Shown here one piece after another: positions 1-10,765 of a stretch of 64,000 bases of DNA. Made by a program: the position numbers and the translations under genes. Source of the DNA: Bdellovibrionota bacterium (GTDB taxonomy: Bacteria; Bdellovibrionota_C; UBA2361; CALJRW01); NCBI GenBank assembly GCA_041740355.1, contig JBGSMD010000063.1, positions 1 through 64,000 on the forward strand. The letters are read 5' to 3'. Each line of letters starts with the position of its first letter. Within the stretch, counting starts at the first letter, position 1. The notes under the pieces were generated by a model. It ran no database searches. It was not told where the DNA came from and saw nothing but the letters and a program-made list of their open reading frames with translations.

Positions 1-140
1 GTTAGTAAATTGAATAGAGTCATTACGGCTAATGCAAATCTTGGTTTTATCCAAGTTTGCATAGCTAAAAACAACATTAATAGTGAGTTCAAGCAAAATC
101 GTTAATCATTTAAAGTAATTTATTTATTGGACTCACTATA
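1..140 (-). mobile_element. MITE-like element, truncated by the window edge; inverted copy of 15217-15387
   Basis: Manual alignment: 48-140 matches the reverse complement of 15217-15309 at 85/93 nt, and 1-44 matches the reverse complement of 15344-15387 at 41/44 nt. Ends in ...GACTCACTATA. Confidence 0.8.
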
Positions 141-145
141 AGATC

Positions 146-208
146 ATAGTCGCGACAAAAATCACAGCTATCTTTTAAATATTCGGAAATTTTTTTGTCA
201 TAACTATA
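146..208. repeat. Short terminal-inverted-repeat unit of the same TATAG family
   Basis: ATAGTCGCGACAAAAA ... TTTTTGTCATAACTATA imperfect inverted ends. The right end recurs near 15430-15445, 45290-45307 and 51520-51536. Confidence 0.65.
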
Positions 209-248
209 AAAGGATCAAATCCCCTCAAATTGGACAAAATCTTTTTCC

Positions 249-278
249 CCACCGCACTCCATGCTATGGTGTGACAGG
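249..278 (+). repeat. 30-nt REP-like unit (degenerate copy)
   Basis: CCACCGCACTCCATGCTATGGTGTGACAGG aligns without gaps to copies at 15311, 15388 and 27305. Confidence 0.55.
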
Positions 279-367
279 CAGATTTTGACTAAGAAACAAA
301 TTAGTTTTTTGCTCCTTAAATACATTTTTAAAGCACTTTTCCCTTCCACCTGAACGGATACAGCTGA

Positions 368-1372
368 TTAGCGAATGTGATTTAAATTTAATCCCGGCAC
401 AAATGATTCAACAGGCACGCGTTGATCAACAAAGACTGCTTTTAAATTGTTGACCATTGTTTCACCCATTCCCTTGGAAGACAGATCGCTGTAGCCTCCA
501 AGATGAGGCGTAATAATAACATTCTCTAAACTAAGGAGTGGATGCGCCGAATCAATTGGTTCACCTTCAACCACATCTGTCGCATAAACTTTAATCTTAC
601 CATTCTTAAGATGCTTAATAATAGCCGCATCTTCCACTAGCTCTCCTCGAGCTGCATTACTAATTATCACACCAGCTTTCATTAAGTGGCAAGCTTCTTC
701 ATTAATTAAATGATGGGTGAATTCATTATGGGAACAGTGTAACGAAATAAAATCTGATTGCTGATATAGGTCATTTAAGGAAGTGGGATGATATCCCAAG
801 GCTTGAATTTCTGTATTCGCAATATTTGGATCGTAAACTAAAACTTGAGCATCAAAACCACGATGTAAAATTTCTGCTGCCCGCTTACCAATATTTCCCA
901 AACCAATAATTCCAATCGTCTTACCAGTTATTTCAGTACCGATATAGTTAGCTCGTTTACTCCAATTGTTATTATGTGTTGCTCTGTCTCCTTGCGGTAT
1001 CCAGCGAGCAGCACTGATAAGTAAACCTACAGCATGCTCAGCGACGGAATTTCTTTCCACTGGTCCAGCAACCTTAGTTACGATGATTCCTTGCTTCTGC
1101 GCTGCAGCAATATCAATATTATTATACCCAATTCCATGTCGAGCAATGATTTTTAATTTTGGTAATTGTTCTAAAAGCTCTGCAGGATAATTAGGATTAG
1201 TACTCGCGATGATTCCATCAAACTCTCGAAGAATTGGAATGAATTCCACCGATTTAATTTCTTTACTAACTTTGATAATTTTAACTTCAGCAAACTTCTC
1301 TAAGGCAATTAAGTGTTCAGGGAAGACCTGGCCAAAACTACTGGAATTAACAATCGCAATAGAAACTTTCAT
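368..1372 (-). CDS. D-isomer-specific 2-hydroxyacid dehydrogenase (SerA/GhrB-like)
   Basis: RHGIGYNNID, GLGNIG NAD motif, NAARG and TPHLGG. The ATG at 1372 lies just after the zwf stop (the ORF track starts at 1390). Confidence 0.9.
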   Translation of the reverse strand: MKVSIAIVNSSSFGQVFPEHLIALEKFAEVKIIKVSKEIKSVEFIPILREFDGIIASTNPNYPAELLEQLPKLKIIARHGIGYNNIDIAAAQKQGIIVTKVAGPVERNSVAEHAVGLLISAARWIPQGDRATHNNNWSKRANYIGTEITGKTIGIIGLGNIGKRAAEILHRGFDAQVLVYDPNIANTEIQALGYHPTSLNDLYQQSDFISLHCSHNEFTHHLINEEACHLMKAGVIISNAARGELVEDAAIIKHLKNGKIKVYATDVVEGEPIDSAHPLLSLENVIITPHLGGYSDLSSKGMGETMVNNLKAVFVDQRVPVESFVPGLNLNHIR

Positions 1373-1374
1373 CT

Positions 1375-2856
1375 TCAAATTTTCTTCCAAGTGTTCATCA
1401 AATTTTCGACAAGTCGTCCTGCTTCCTCCGGGCCTTCCGAACCTGGCTGATAACTATATAAGGGAATAGTATTGTCATTTTCCCAAGCTTTTAAAATTGG
1501 ATCAAGCACGTCCCATGATTCTTCAACTTCATCATCTCTGATAAATAACGTTTGATCACCCCTTAAAATATCAAGAATTAAACGCTCATAGGCGTCAAAG
1601 ATTACCTCCGAGAATGATTCATCATACTCGAAATCCATTTCTACTGGTCTCATTTGCATATCTAACCCTGGAGGTTTGGAATTAAATTGAATTGAGATAC
1701 CTTCGTCAGGTTGAATTTGAAATGATAAAATATTAGGTGCAATCTGAAAATTTTTTAGATTCTTAAAAATAGCTGGGGGCGTTTTCTTAAAATAAACATT
1801 TATCTCAGAATGTCGTTTAGTAAGGCATTTTCCACTACGTAATAAAACAGGAACACCGTGCCAACGCCAGTTATCAATTTCCAATTTTAAGGCAACATAT
1901 GTTTCAGTCTTACTTTCGGTCTTCACTCCCGAGTGTTGCAAATAAGCCTCAATCGCTTTACCGTTTACTTCTCCTGCAAGATATTGACCTCTAATTACAT
2001 TGTCACGAATTGACTGTTCGTCAAAGCGCCTCAAAGAGCGAAGCACCTTAACTTTCTCATCCCTAATCGAACGAGAATCACCTAGCGTTGCTGGTGGCTC
2101 AATGCAAATCAGACTTAATAACTGAAAAAGATGGTTTTGAATCATATCCCGCAAACAACCAGACTGATCATAATATCCGGCACGCCCTGAGACATCTACT
2201 GATTCTGCCACAGTGATTTCAATCTGATCGATATACTTATGGTTCCAAATTGACTCAAAGATGGCATTTGTAAATCTAAAAAGTAAGATATTTTGAACTG
2301 TTTCCTTACCTAAATAATGATCAATCCGATAGATCTGTTGCTCATTAAGATATTTAGAGAAAACTCGATTTAGATTTTTAGCAGATGCCAAATCCTTTCC
2401 GATTGGTTTTTCAACTATCAAATCCGTACGATAACCTTGATTGTTATCAGAGATGAATCCATTCTCAGTTAACTTAATTAATATCTGCTCGTACAAATTA
2501 GGTGAAGTGGCTAGATAAAAGAAGTTATCTGCGGTCTCAGAGTTGACATTAAAAGAATCTAACTTCTCTCGCAATTTGATGTACGCGGAGATGTCATTCA
2601 CATCCATCGGAAAATAACTAATCTTGGGAGCAAACTTGAGCCACACAGCTTCGTCATAGTTGCTACTATTGGTTATAAAATAATCTTGTAAATTCTTGGC
2701 AAATTCCTCATCACTATAGCTAGTTCGAGAGATCCCAATGATCTTGAATTCCTCTGCTAGATGCCCATTTAGAAATAAATTATATAATGCCGGAAAAAGC
2801 TTCTTTAAAGCTAGGTCTCCATTAGCACCAAAGATGATAAAATTAGATTTACGCAT
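1375..2856 (-). CDS. zwf: Glucose-6-phosphate 1-dehydrogenase
   Basis: GANGDLA, EKPIG, RIDHYLGKE, RDMIQNH, NWRWHGVP motifs. Confidence 0.97.
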   Translation of the reverse strand: MRKSNFIIFGANGDLALKKLFPALYNLFLNGHLAEEFKIIGISRTSYSDEEFAKNLQDYFITNSSNYDEAVWLKFAPKISYFPMDVNDISAYIKLREKLDSFNVNSETADNFFYLATSPNLYEQILIKLTENGFISDNNQGYRTDLIVEKPIGKDLASAKNLNRVFSKYLNEQQIYRIDHYLGKETVQNILLFRFTNAIFESIWNHKYIDQIEITVAESVDVSGRAGYYDQSGCLRDMIQNHLFQLLSLICIEPPATLGDSRSIRDEKVKVLRSLRRFDEQSIRDNVIRGQYLAGEVNGKAIEAYLQHSGVKTESKTETYVALKLEIDNWRWHGVPVLLRSGKCLTKRHSEINVYFKKTPPAIFKNLKNFQIAPNILSFQIQPDEGISIQFNSKPPGLDMQMRPVEMDFEYDESFSEVIFDAYERLILDILRGDQTLFIRDDEVEESWDVLDPILKAWENDNTIPLYSYQPGSEGPEEAGRLVENLMNTWKKI

Positions 2857-2938
2857 TCAGAATACAAAATAGTTAATTGAGACGACTATAGCCAAAGTTC
2901 TTAGCTTTTACCAGTTTAAAGGCAAGACAAATCCAACC

Positions 2939-2968
2939 CTGTTTTTGCAAAAACTTTTGTAAAAACAG
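2939..2968. promoter_or_regulatory. Near-perfect inverted repeat in the divergent zwf/GH1 promoter region (operator or hairpin)
   Basis: CTGTTTTTGCAAAA-AC-TTTTGTAAAAACAG: 14-bp arms with one G/T mismatch. Confidence 0.4.
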
Positions 2969-3060
2969 ATCCTTAACATGCTTATAAGATCAGATTTCAC
3001 TTACTTACTAACAATAAATAACTGTACATTGAAGAAAATTGTGTAGTAGAAACATATCTA

Positions 3061-4428
3061 ATGATATTTCCTAAAGGCTTTCATTTTGGAGTGGCAGATG
3101 CTGACTTACAAGTTATCTCCGAAGATAAATGTTTAGCACTGGAGAATTCCGAGCCCAGTATGTGGCTTGCTTTTGCGAATCAAACAAATAAATGCTTCAA
3201 CTCTGACTCACCTGCCTTAGGGATAGATCGATACTCTAAATGGCCAGAAGATATTAATTTTTTAAAGAAACTGGGAGTCCAAGGCTATCGCACGTCAATC
3301 TCCATGTGTCGGACAATTAGAAGATCTGGAGAAATCAATCCGCAAGCAATTCAGTGGTATCAAAACTATTTACGAACCATTAAGAATCTAGGGATAAGCG
3401 TTGCAGCTACATTATATCACTGGGAGCTGCCAGAATATCTAGAGCAACAAGGTGGTTGGACTAGTAGAGCAACAGTTGACGTTTTCCTCCGACATGTAGA
3501 AGTAACTATATCCGAACTTGGTGAATATCTCGACTCAGTCATAATATTAAACGAACCTTGGTGCTCATCAATTCTCAGCTATTACTTGGGAATCCATGCC
3601 CCCGGCCATCAAGACTTAAGAGAAGCATTATTAGCAGCACACCATTTATTACTAGCACAAGCAGAGGCTGTTAAAATTATCAAAGGAATCTGCCCAAAAC
3701 TACATCTTAGTACAGCGCTTAATTTTGAAACTGCTTACTCCGCATCGACTAAAGCAGAGGACCTACAAGCTGCGAAAACTTCCGATGGCTATTTTAACCG
3801 TTGGTTCTTAGATCCGATCTTTAAAGGGTCATATCCCGCAGATATGTTAGAAATTTATGGTGATAAATTTTCAACAGCCTTGGCCAAAGAGGCAAAAAAC
3901 TTGCAAATTAACCAGGCTCTAGATTCACTGGGAATAAATTTTTACCTAGGCAGAGTTGTAAAGCATAATCCAAAAGAAGATTTAAAATTTTCATATATTT
4001 GGAATCCAGCAGGTCTAGTAAATGATCTGGGTTGGCCCATCTGTATACCACCCCATTACCCAAGTGGATTAGCTGATGGTTTACAACAAATTTATTACTC
4101 CTATAAAGACTTTGGGCTTAAATCCATTTATATTTCGGAAAACGGTACAGCGATCTACAACAGTCCTAGTGAGCAGACTGCCCCAGTTCCCGATGCCCGA
4201 AGAATTGCTTATCTTCAAGCCCACTTAGCACAAGTACAAACTGCAATCCTAAGAGGTGTACCCGTTACAGGATACTATGCCTGGACCTTGATGGATAATT
4301 ACGAATGGGCTGAAGGCTATCGAGACGAATCACGATTTGGATTAATCTACGTCAATCGCGAAACATTGGAACGAATACCAAAAGAAAGCTTTTACTGGTA
4401 TCAAAAATTAATTGAGCAGAACTCCTAA
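3061..4428 (+). CDS. Glycoside hydrolase family 1 (beta-glucosidase)
   Basis: TLYHW, NEP acid/base, ISENG nucleophile, DNYEWAEG and RFGL. Confidence 0.93.
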   Translation: MIFPKGFHFGVADADLQVISEDKCLALENSEPSMWLAFANQTNKCFNSDSPALGIDRYSKWPEDINFLKKLGVQGYRTSISMCRTIRRSGEINPQAIQWYQNYLRTIKNLGISVAATLYHWELPEYLEQQGGWTSRATVDVFLRHVEVTISELGEYLDSVIILNEPWCSSILSYYLGIHAPGHQDLREALLAAHHLLLAQAEAVKIIKGICPKLHLSTALNFETAYSASTKAEDLQAAKTSDGYFNRWFLDPIFKGSYPADMLEIYGDKFSTALAKEAKNLQINQALDSLGINFYLGRVVKHNPKEDLKFSYIWNPAGLVNDLGWPICIPPHYPSGLADGLQQIYYSYKDFGLKSIYISENGTAIYNSPSEQTAPVPDARRIAYLQAHLAQVQTAILRGVPVTGYYAWTLMDNYEWAEGYRDESRFGLIYVNRETLERIPKESFYWYQKLIEQNS

Positions 4429-4449
4429 GCATCTAAAATTAATATAATC

Positions 4450-6612
4450 ATGCAAAAAAATAAATTAACTACTAAACGCTATCAAATTGGTAATCCCTAT
4501 CCAACAGAGTCCGTAATACAAAAAATACCTCTGGAAAATTCAATAGAACAATTGAATGATTTCAAGATTCATCAATCAAAAGAACAAGTAAGTCTTCAAA
4601 GAAAGCTTTCTCCGGAAACAGCAATGTACGGCCTTGGTCAAAATATGGGGCCGATTAATCGTCGCGGAAGAAAATTTAGAATGTTTAACATGCAAGCACG
4701 ACCACAGACCCCTGACTGCTTTGCGGTCAATGGTCCCTATTCATTCTTAATCATTAAAGAGGCCGATACTTACCTAGGGATACTGATTGACTGTCCTTCA
4801 GAAATTAACTTTGATTGCGGTTTTAACAATCAAAAACTTCTAGATATAACGATTGAATCAAGCGATTTAGATATATATCTAATTAACTCCAGTCACTTAA
4901 AGGATGTACTACAAGAATATGTTCGCCTAACAGGCACAGCATATCTGCCACCGAAATGGGCTTTTGGATTTCAGCAATCTCGCTACAGTTACATGAACGC
5001 TGAAGAAGTTAAAACTATTGCCAATAAATTTCGCGAACTTAAAATTCCTTGTGATGCAATATACTTAGATATTGATTACATGGATGATTATAAAGTATTT
5101 ACAGTTGATCAAAAACCATTTCCAAACTTCAGCAGCTTTGTACAAGAAATTCAAGGACAAGGATTTAATATAATTCCAATCATAGACCCTGGTGTAAAAA
5201 TTGAATCAGGATATTCGGTTTATGAAGATGGAGTAAAGAATAATTACTTCTGTAAAGATGCGGAAGGAAATGATTACATTGCCGCCGTCTGGCCTGGCCT
5301 TCTGCACTTTCCTGATTTTTTACGAGAAGAAGTTCAGAATTGGTGGGGAGATCTTCATAAATTCTTTACCGACCTTGGTATTACAGCCTTCTGGAATGAC
5401 ATGAATGAGCCTGAGATTTTCTATTCTCCAGAGACAATCAAAAAACTTCAACAGACTGCTAGCGAAATGGACTATACGGCCTGGCGCGATCTAGATCCAA
5501 TTCATTACAAAATAAAAATGGATAGCTACATGTTAAATAGCGAAACTTATTATCCTGATTTTTTTCATCAGACGCCAGAAGGTCCCGTTGCTCATACGAA
5601 ATTACATAACATCTATGGCTTTAAAATGCTTCAAGCTGCCAGTGAGGGATTGCTTAAACTCAATCCCAATCAAAGATACTTTCTAATCTCTCGCAGTAGT
5701 ACAATTGGCGCTAATCGCCTCTCGGGTGTTTGGACTGGTGATAATCATAGTTGGTGGGAACATCTAAAATTGAATATCCAAATGGTAATCTCCTTAAATC
5801 TGTGTGGAGTACTTTACTGCGGTAGCGACATTGGTGGACATTGTGGAAATGCCGACGAGGAATTATTAATTCGTTGGACACAACTGGGAGCGTTTGTCCC
5901 ACTATTTAGGAACCACACAGAGAAAAGTTCCCGACAACAAGAACCTTGGGAGTATAATGTTCAAACAACTCAAATCCTAAAAGATACGATTACTCTCCGT
6001 TATGCCTTGATTGATTATCTTTATTCGGAGTTTCTAAAATCCAGATCAAGTCATCTTCCCTTTATTCGTGCGCTCTTTTTAGAATTCAATGACCCTAGCC
6101 TTGATGAAATAAATGACCAGTTTCTTTGTGGAAGTTCATTAATGGTAGCACCGGTGATTGAAGCTAATGCCAGATATAGAAATGTCTACTTACCGGAATG
6201 TAATTGGTTGTTCTGGTCAGCTAGTGCTTATAATCAAGATAATTTTCAAATTTTAAAATCCGGTACACATAGACTCGCCGTTAAGCTTTCTGAAGTTCCA
6301 GTCTTTGTTAAAGAAAATGAATTAATCCTTTTAACAGAACCAGAACAGTACCTTGGCGAGTTAGAAAAAAAGGAGGCTAGTCTTGTTGGTCTAGTGACTG
6401 GAACTGCTAATTTTAGTCTCTATTATGACTCTGGAAGTAAAATTAATGATAATCCCGGTATTCTTAATATTAAAATTAGAAGAAATGGTGCTTCCATTGA
6501 TCTTGAACACGATCTAATAATTGGAGATACTCCCATTACCTACCAAAAAATTTCCCTTAAGATCTTTAGTTTGAGTGGCGATTGCTTAAGAAGAGAAATC
6601 ACTCTAAAATAA
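4450..6612 (+). CDS. Glycoside hydrolase family 31 (alpha-glucosidase)
   Basis: PPKWAFG, DIDYM, WNDMNEP nucleophile, WTGDN acid/base, FRNH. Confidence 0.93.
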   Translation: MQKNKLTTKRYQIGNPYPTESVIQKIPLENSIEQLNDFKIHQSKEQVSLQRKLSPETAMYGLGQNMGPINRRGRKFRMFNMQARPQTPDCFAVNGPYSFLIIKEADTYLGILIDCPSEINFDCGFNNQKLLDITIESSDLDIYLINSSHLKDVLQEYVRLTGTAYLPPKWAFGFQQSRYSYMNAEEVKTIANKFRELKIPCDAIYLDIDYMDDYKVFTVDQKPFPNFSSFVQEIQGQGFNIIPIIDPGVKIESGYSVYEDGVKNNYFCKDAEGNDYIAAVWPGLLHFPDFLREEVQNWWGDLHKFFTDLGITAFWNDMNEPEIFYSPETIKKLQQTASEMDYTAWRDLDPIHYKIKMDSYMLNSETYYPDFFHQTPEGPVAHTKLHNIYGFKMLQAASEGLLKLNPNQRYFLISRSSTIGANRLSGVWTGDNHSWWEHLKLNIQMVISLNLCGVLYCGSDIGGHCGNADEELLIRWTQLGAFVPLFRNHTEKSSRQQEPWEYNVQTTQILKDTITLRYALIDYLYSEFLKSRSSHLPFIRALFLEFNDPSLDEINDQFLCGSSLMVAPVIEANARYRNVYLPECNWLFWSASAYNQDNFQILKSGTHRLAVKLSEVPVFVKENELILLTEPEQYLGELEKKEASLVGLVTGTANFSLYYDSGSKINDNPGILNIKIRRNGASIDLEHDLIIGDTPITYQKISLKIFSLSGDCLRREITLK

Positions 6613-6639
6613 CTAAGCATTTGAATTTATTAGTTCTTC

Positions 6640-7509
6640 ATGACACTACTCCATGCTCCCGCAATCGATCCTGCTGTCCAACAAGTACTAAATCTAATTC
6701 CAGCAACTGGCAATATTTTAATTGTGTTGGATAAAGACGGAACTTTAGATCCTTTAGTTGCCGAACGTAATGCGGCGCGCGTCCCAAAAAAAACAGTGGA
6801 ATCAATCCTTGAACTTTCTAAATTACCTGATGTAGAAATAATTATTATTAGTGGGCGTGGCGTTCAAGATTTAAAAGAGCTTGTGGGTCCATTACCTATT
6901 GAATACTGGGGATTGCATGGGGCAGAAAATGGCCGTGGGGACTCTAGCAAAAGCACCCTTGCCGTCTCTGCACAAGTTAAAGAACAAGTTGCTCAAGCAA
7001 TTTCTGCGATAGAAAATGATTCGCGTTTAGCCTATCTAGAAAAAACTTATGGAGTTCCAGTTTCGGAAATGATCGAGAAGAAAGAAATTGCTGGTTCTTT
7101 ACTCGGAGTTGCTGTGCACTTTAGAACCATAATTGAAAAAGCAGGTCAAGAAAATTACTACCAAATTGAAGAAATTATTAAGGCTGTTGTTACTGATGCT
7201 TCCAAGGATTTGAATAGTATTACAATCCAACCTGGCAATTGTGTTTTTGAAATCAAACCTCAAGGCATTACCAAAGGAACCGCAGTTGAGGCAATCTTAG
7301 CCCGAGGAAAAGAGTATGCCAAAGTTATTGTTGGAGGGGATGACAGCACAGATTTATATATGATGAATAGCGCTGTAGAATTATTGGGAGACAAGGCAAT
7401 TCCTGTGGTGGTCGGATGTCGTATTCGCCATCCACTGGGGATGGATTTGGACACTCCTTCTCAAATGGGGGAACTTTTAGAAGCCATTGCCAAAAAGCGA
7501 AGTGTATAG
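6640..7509 (+). CDS. otsB: Trehalose-6-phosphate phosphatase (HAD IIB)
   Basis: LDKDGTL motif I, ISGR, GLHGAE, EIKP..TKG, GDDSTD. Confidence 0.85.
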   Translation: MTLLHAPAIDPAVQQVLNLIPATGNILIVLDKDGTLDPLVAERNAARVPKKTVESILELSKLPDVEIIIISGRGVQDLKELVGPLPIEYWGLHGAENGRGDSSKSTLAVSAQVKEQVAQAISAIENDSRLAYLEKTYGVPVSEMIEKKEIAGSLLGVAVHFRTIIEKAGQENYYQIEEIIKAVVTDASKDLNSITIQPGNCVFEIKPQGITKGTAVEAILARGKEYAKVIVGGDDSTDLYMMNSAVELLGDKAIPVVVGCRIRHPLGMDLDTPSQMGELLEAIAKKRSV

Positions 7510-7547
7510 CAAACGCACCTTTAAGTGCGCTCGCTTCGATTAAATTC

Positions 7548-10520
7548 TTAATTTGCAAAAATTGACTGCAAAGTTTTGATATCTAAATCTTTAGTTTCCA
7601 ACACCTGGATCTTGGCCTTCTTTAAACTACCATCTTTAGAAATACCAACTGCCGGCATGCCTGCTTTTAAGATTGCTTCAACTCCAGCCATAGCATCTTC
7701 AACCCCAACACAACAGTTTAGTGGAACTTGTAAAGCCTCAGCTGCCATCAGGAAAACTTCTGGGTCAGGCTTACTGACTTCTACCTTACTAGCATCAACA
7801 ATATGATCTATTAGATGGGAAACTTGAAGACCGTTGATTACCGTAGTCGCATTTTTACTGGCAGATGCTACACCAACTTTAATGCCAGCTTCTTTTAGTG
7901 AAGTAAGAAGTTTTTCAACTCCCGGAAATAAATCTTTTGGTGAAATTTCTTTGATTAACTCTAAGTAGTAATCATTTTTACTTTTAGCTAAAGCTTCTTT
8001 CTCCGCTAATGGTAAACTTTTTCCACCACGCTGAAGAATAAGATCTAAGGACTCCATTCGACCCACACCTTTTAATTCTTCATTGAACTCGCGGTCAAAA
8101 TGGATTTCTAATTGATCGGCTAACTTTTTCCATCCTAAGAAATGATATTCAGCCGTATCAGTTAAAACACCATCAAGATCAAAAATTACAGCTTTTAGTT
8201 CAGACTTAACCGAAACTGTCACAGTTTCTCCTGGCTTAACAATTAAATCCTGATAAAAATGTTTAAGTTTTAATGCTGTTTCACCAGCATTGGTGTAACT
8301 AACTTGATTAGCATCAACCTTAACTTTTAATGGGTTATTGCTAAACTTTAACGAGAATGTGAATGACTTCCAAGCTTCTGGACAGCGCGGAGCAAAATGC
8401 AACTTACCTTGATAAACTCTCATTCCACCAAAACCAGCAATGATTCCATGCCACGTTCCAGCTAAGGCTGCCATATGCAATCCATCCTTGGTGTTACCAT
8501 GAATGTTATCTAGATCTAAACGAACATTTTGTTGAAAAAACTCATAAGCTTCAGCATTAAGTCCTAATTCACTGGCAACAATTCCATAGATTGAAAAAGA
8601 CAACGACGAATCATGTGTCGTTAATGGCTCGTAATAATGATAATTACGAAGCTTCTCTGCAGGAGTAAACTGATCGCCAAGCAAATAAAATGCTAAGACT
8701 AGATCTGCTTGCTTTAGAACCTGATGACGATAAATATTTAAATAGTGATAGTGAAGTAACAAGGGGTGCTTATCGTCTGGAGTTCCGTCAAAATCCCACA
8801 CTGGGCGATCTAAGAATCCATCATCCTGACCAATTAAGCCCTTAGCGCGATCGTAATGAACATACATCTCGCTAGCAGCCTTCTGCCAAAGTTCAATTTC
8901 GGACTGATCAAAAGATAATTTCTTAGCGAGTTCTTGCCAGGCCTTTGGATTTGTTTTTTCCAACAATCCAATTGCTTCAATTGCAAACTCCAAGTTCTTC
9001 TTAGCCAATAAATTTGTATAAGTATTATTATCAACACATGCAGTATACTCATCTGGACCTGTTACCATATGAATACAGAAGCCACGCTCTTTAGAAAAAT
9101 GTCCTAGACTTAACCAGAAACGAGCAACTTCAATTGTCATCTCGAGTCCTGCTTTGGCTAAGAATCCATAATCAGCCGTTGCTTCAAAATATCTTTGTAA
9201 ACAAAAAATGATATCACCATTAATATGAAACTGTGCAGTGCCAGCAGGGAAAAATGCTGAGGCCTCTTCACCATTAATTGTTCTCCAAGGATAGAGTGCT
9301 CCTTTATGGTGCATCTCCTTGGCTCTAGCTTTAGCAACTGGAAGCTGTGAGTAACGTTGCTCTAACAAGGCCTTACTAATTTCTGGCATTGTATACATGA
9401 AGAATGGTGAAATATAGGCTTCTGTATCCCAGAAGTAATGTCCTTCATAGCCTTCTCCAGAAAGTCCCTTTGGACCAACATTGGTGCGTCCATTTTTTCC
9501 TACGTGCTGTAGTAGGTGAAACATATTGAAGCGAATACCTTCTTGAACTAAATCATCACCTTCAATATTTATATCAACAGTTTCCCAAAAATTAACTAGG
9601 TAAGCTTCCTGCTCTTTAGCTAAAGAATCAAAGCCAATGTTCTTAGCTTCTGATCCAATAGCTTTGGACATTTGGTAAAGTTTATCGGCTGAGTCTAGAT
9701 AAGACGGTGGCGCAACGTAAGTGATAAATCGCTCAAAGGTATATTCCTGCCCTGCGGCTATATTAAAATTAATATCAGTTACACAATTCATCCCCTCATG
9801 ATCAACATGCTGCGTACAAGTAGAAGTAATACTTGTTGGTAAGTTTAGGTAAACAGAGCAAGCTAATGGGAGTGCTGTTGATGATGTTTGTACAAGTAAG
9901 GACATCCTCCCATCAGAAGCTTCCGCATTAAGTAATGAATAAACACAGCCAGTCAGAGCGCTTCCCACTCGCGGATCATTAACTGAAACAATATTGGTAA
10001 CTTTTCCGTTTAAGATCGCTTGAAGATCTATAACACCACTAAAATTCTTAGGAGTAATTGTAAATTTTTCAGCAATAATATTTTCCCTAGTAAAACTAGC
10101 AAATCGCTGACAACTAACCACAAGTTCCTGACCACCAGAATACTTATATGTAGTCTTGCGACCTGACTGACCTGTTTTAAAATCAAGCGTACGATCGTTT
10201 TTGAAAATTACTGGACTTTCTTCTTGGCCATCAATCAGAATTTTCAAGGCCGTGGCGTCAGGAATGTTTAGCATCGTCTGAGTTTTCATGGCATAGCCAT
10301 ACCCACCATCTTCATAATGGATTGGGCGAGACTCGTAGTACCCATTAATATACGTACCACGAACGCTTTGATGAGATCCACCAACTAGCTCATCCAGATG
10401 CCCACGGATTCCAAGAAAACCATTAGCAACCGAATATAATGTCTCTTTTAATTTTTCTGATTCTGGAGAGTAATTATTGTCAGAAATTGACCATGAACAA
10501 GGAAGATTTTGAGAGGACAT
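7548..10520 (-). CDS. GH65 disaccharide (trehalose/maltose-type) phosphorylase fused to a C-terminal beta-phosphoglucomutase
   Basis: KGLSGEGYEGHYFWDTE, GPDEY, KQAD and HDSSLS. The C-terminus has FDLDGVLTDTAEYH, KPDPEVFL and EDA. Confidence 0.93.
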   Translation of the reverse strand: MSSQNLPCSWSISDNNYSPESEKLKETLYSVANGFLGIRGHLDELVGGSHQSVRGTYINGYYESRPIHYEDGGYGYAMKTQTMLNIPDATALKILIDGQEESPVIFKNDRTLDFKTGQSGRKTTYKYSGGQELVVSCQRFASFTRENIIAEKFTITPKNFSGVIDLQAILNGKVTNIVSVNDPRVGSALTGCVYSLLNAEASDGRMSLLVQTSSTALPLACSVYLNLPTSITSTCTQHVDHEGMNCVTDINFNIAAGQEYTFERFITYVAPPSYLDSADKLYQMSKAIGSEAKNIGFDSLAKEQEAYLVNFWETVDINIEGDDLVQEGIRFNMFHLLQHVGKNGRTNVGPKGLSGEGYEGHYFWDTEAYISPFFMYTMPEISKALLEQRYSQLPVAKARAKEMHHKGALYPWRTINGEEASAFFPAGTAQFHINGDIIFCLQRYFEATADYGFLAKAGLEMTIEVARFWLSLGHFSKERGFCIHMVTGPDEYTACVDNNTYTNLLAKKNLEFAIEAIGLLEKTNPKAWQELAKKLSFDQSEIELWQKAASEMYVHYDRAKGLIGQDDGFLDRPVWDFDGTPDDKHPLLLHYHYLNIYRHQVLKQADLVLAFYLLGDQFTPAEKLRNYHYYEPLTTHDSSLSFSIYGIVASELGLNAEAYEFFQQNVRLDLDNIHGNTKDGLHMAALAGTWHGIIAGFGGMRVYQGKLHFAPRCPEAWKSFTFSLKFSNNPLKVKVDANQVSYTNAGETALKLKHFYQDLIVKPGETVTVSVKSELKAVIFDLDGVLTDTAEYHFLGWKKLADQLEIHFDREFNEELKGVGRMESLDLILQRGGKSLPLAEKEALAKSKNDYYLELIKEISPKDLFPGVEKLLTSLKEAGIKVGVASASKNATTVINGLQVSHLIDHIVDASKVEVSKPDPEVFLMAAEALQVPLNCCVGVEDAMAGVEAILKAGMPAVGISKDGSLKKAKIQVLETKDLDIKTLQSIFAN

Positions 10521-10765
10521 AAATTCTTAAAATTAACAAAATTATAATTGGGGACTGGTTTTAGTAATCCTGCGCTTTAATGCAACTAATCTTTTTTGGC
10601 AGCAAAAGTTTTTCAAGATTTAACTTTAAAATGCTTTTTACAACGAATTAGCAGTCAAAACATAACATGAAAAATAAGGGGTAGGCAAACCGTCGATCGA
10701 ATAAAAATAAGTCTCTCGGATGCAATGAAAACAATTTTAAAATAATATCGAAAGTCCTAAAAATG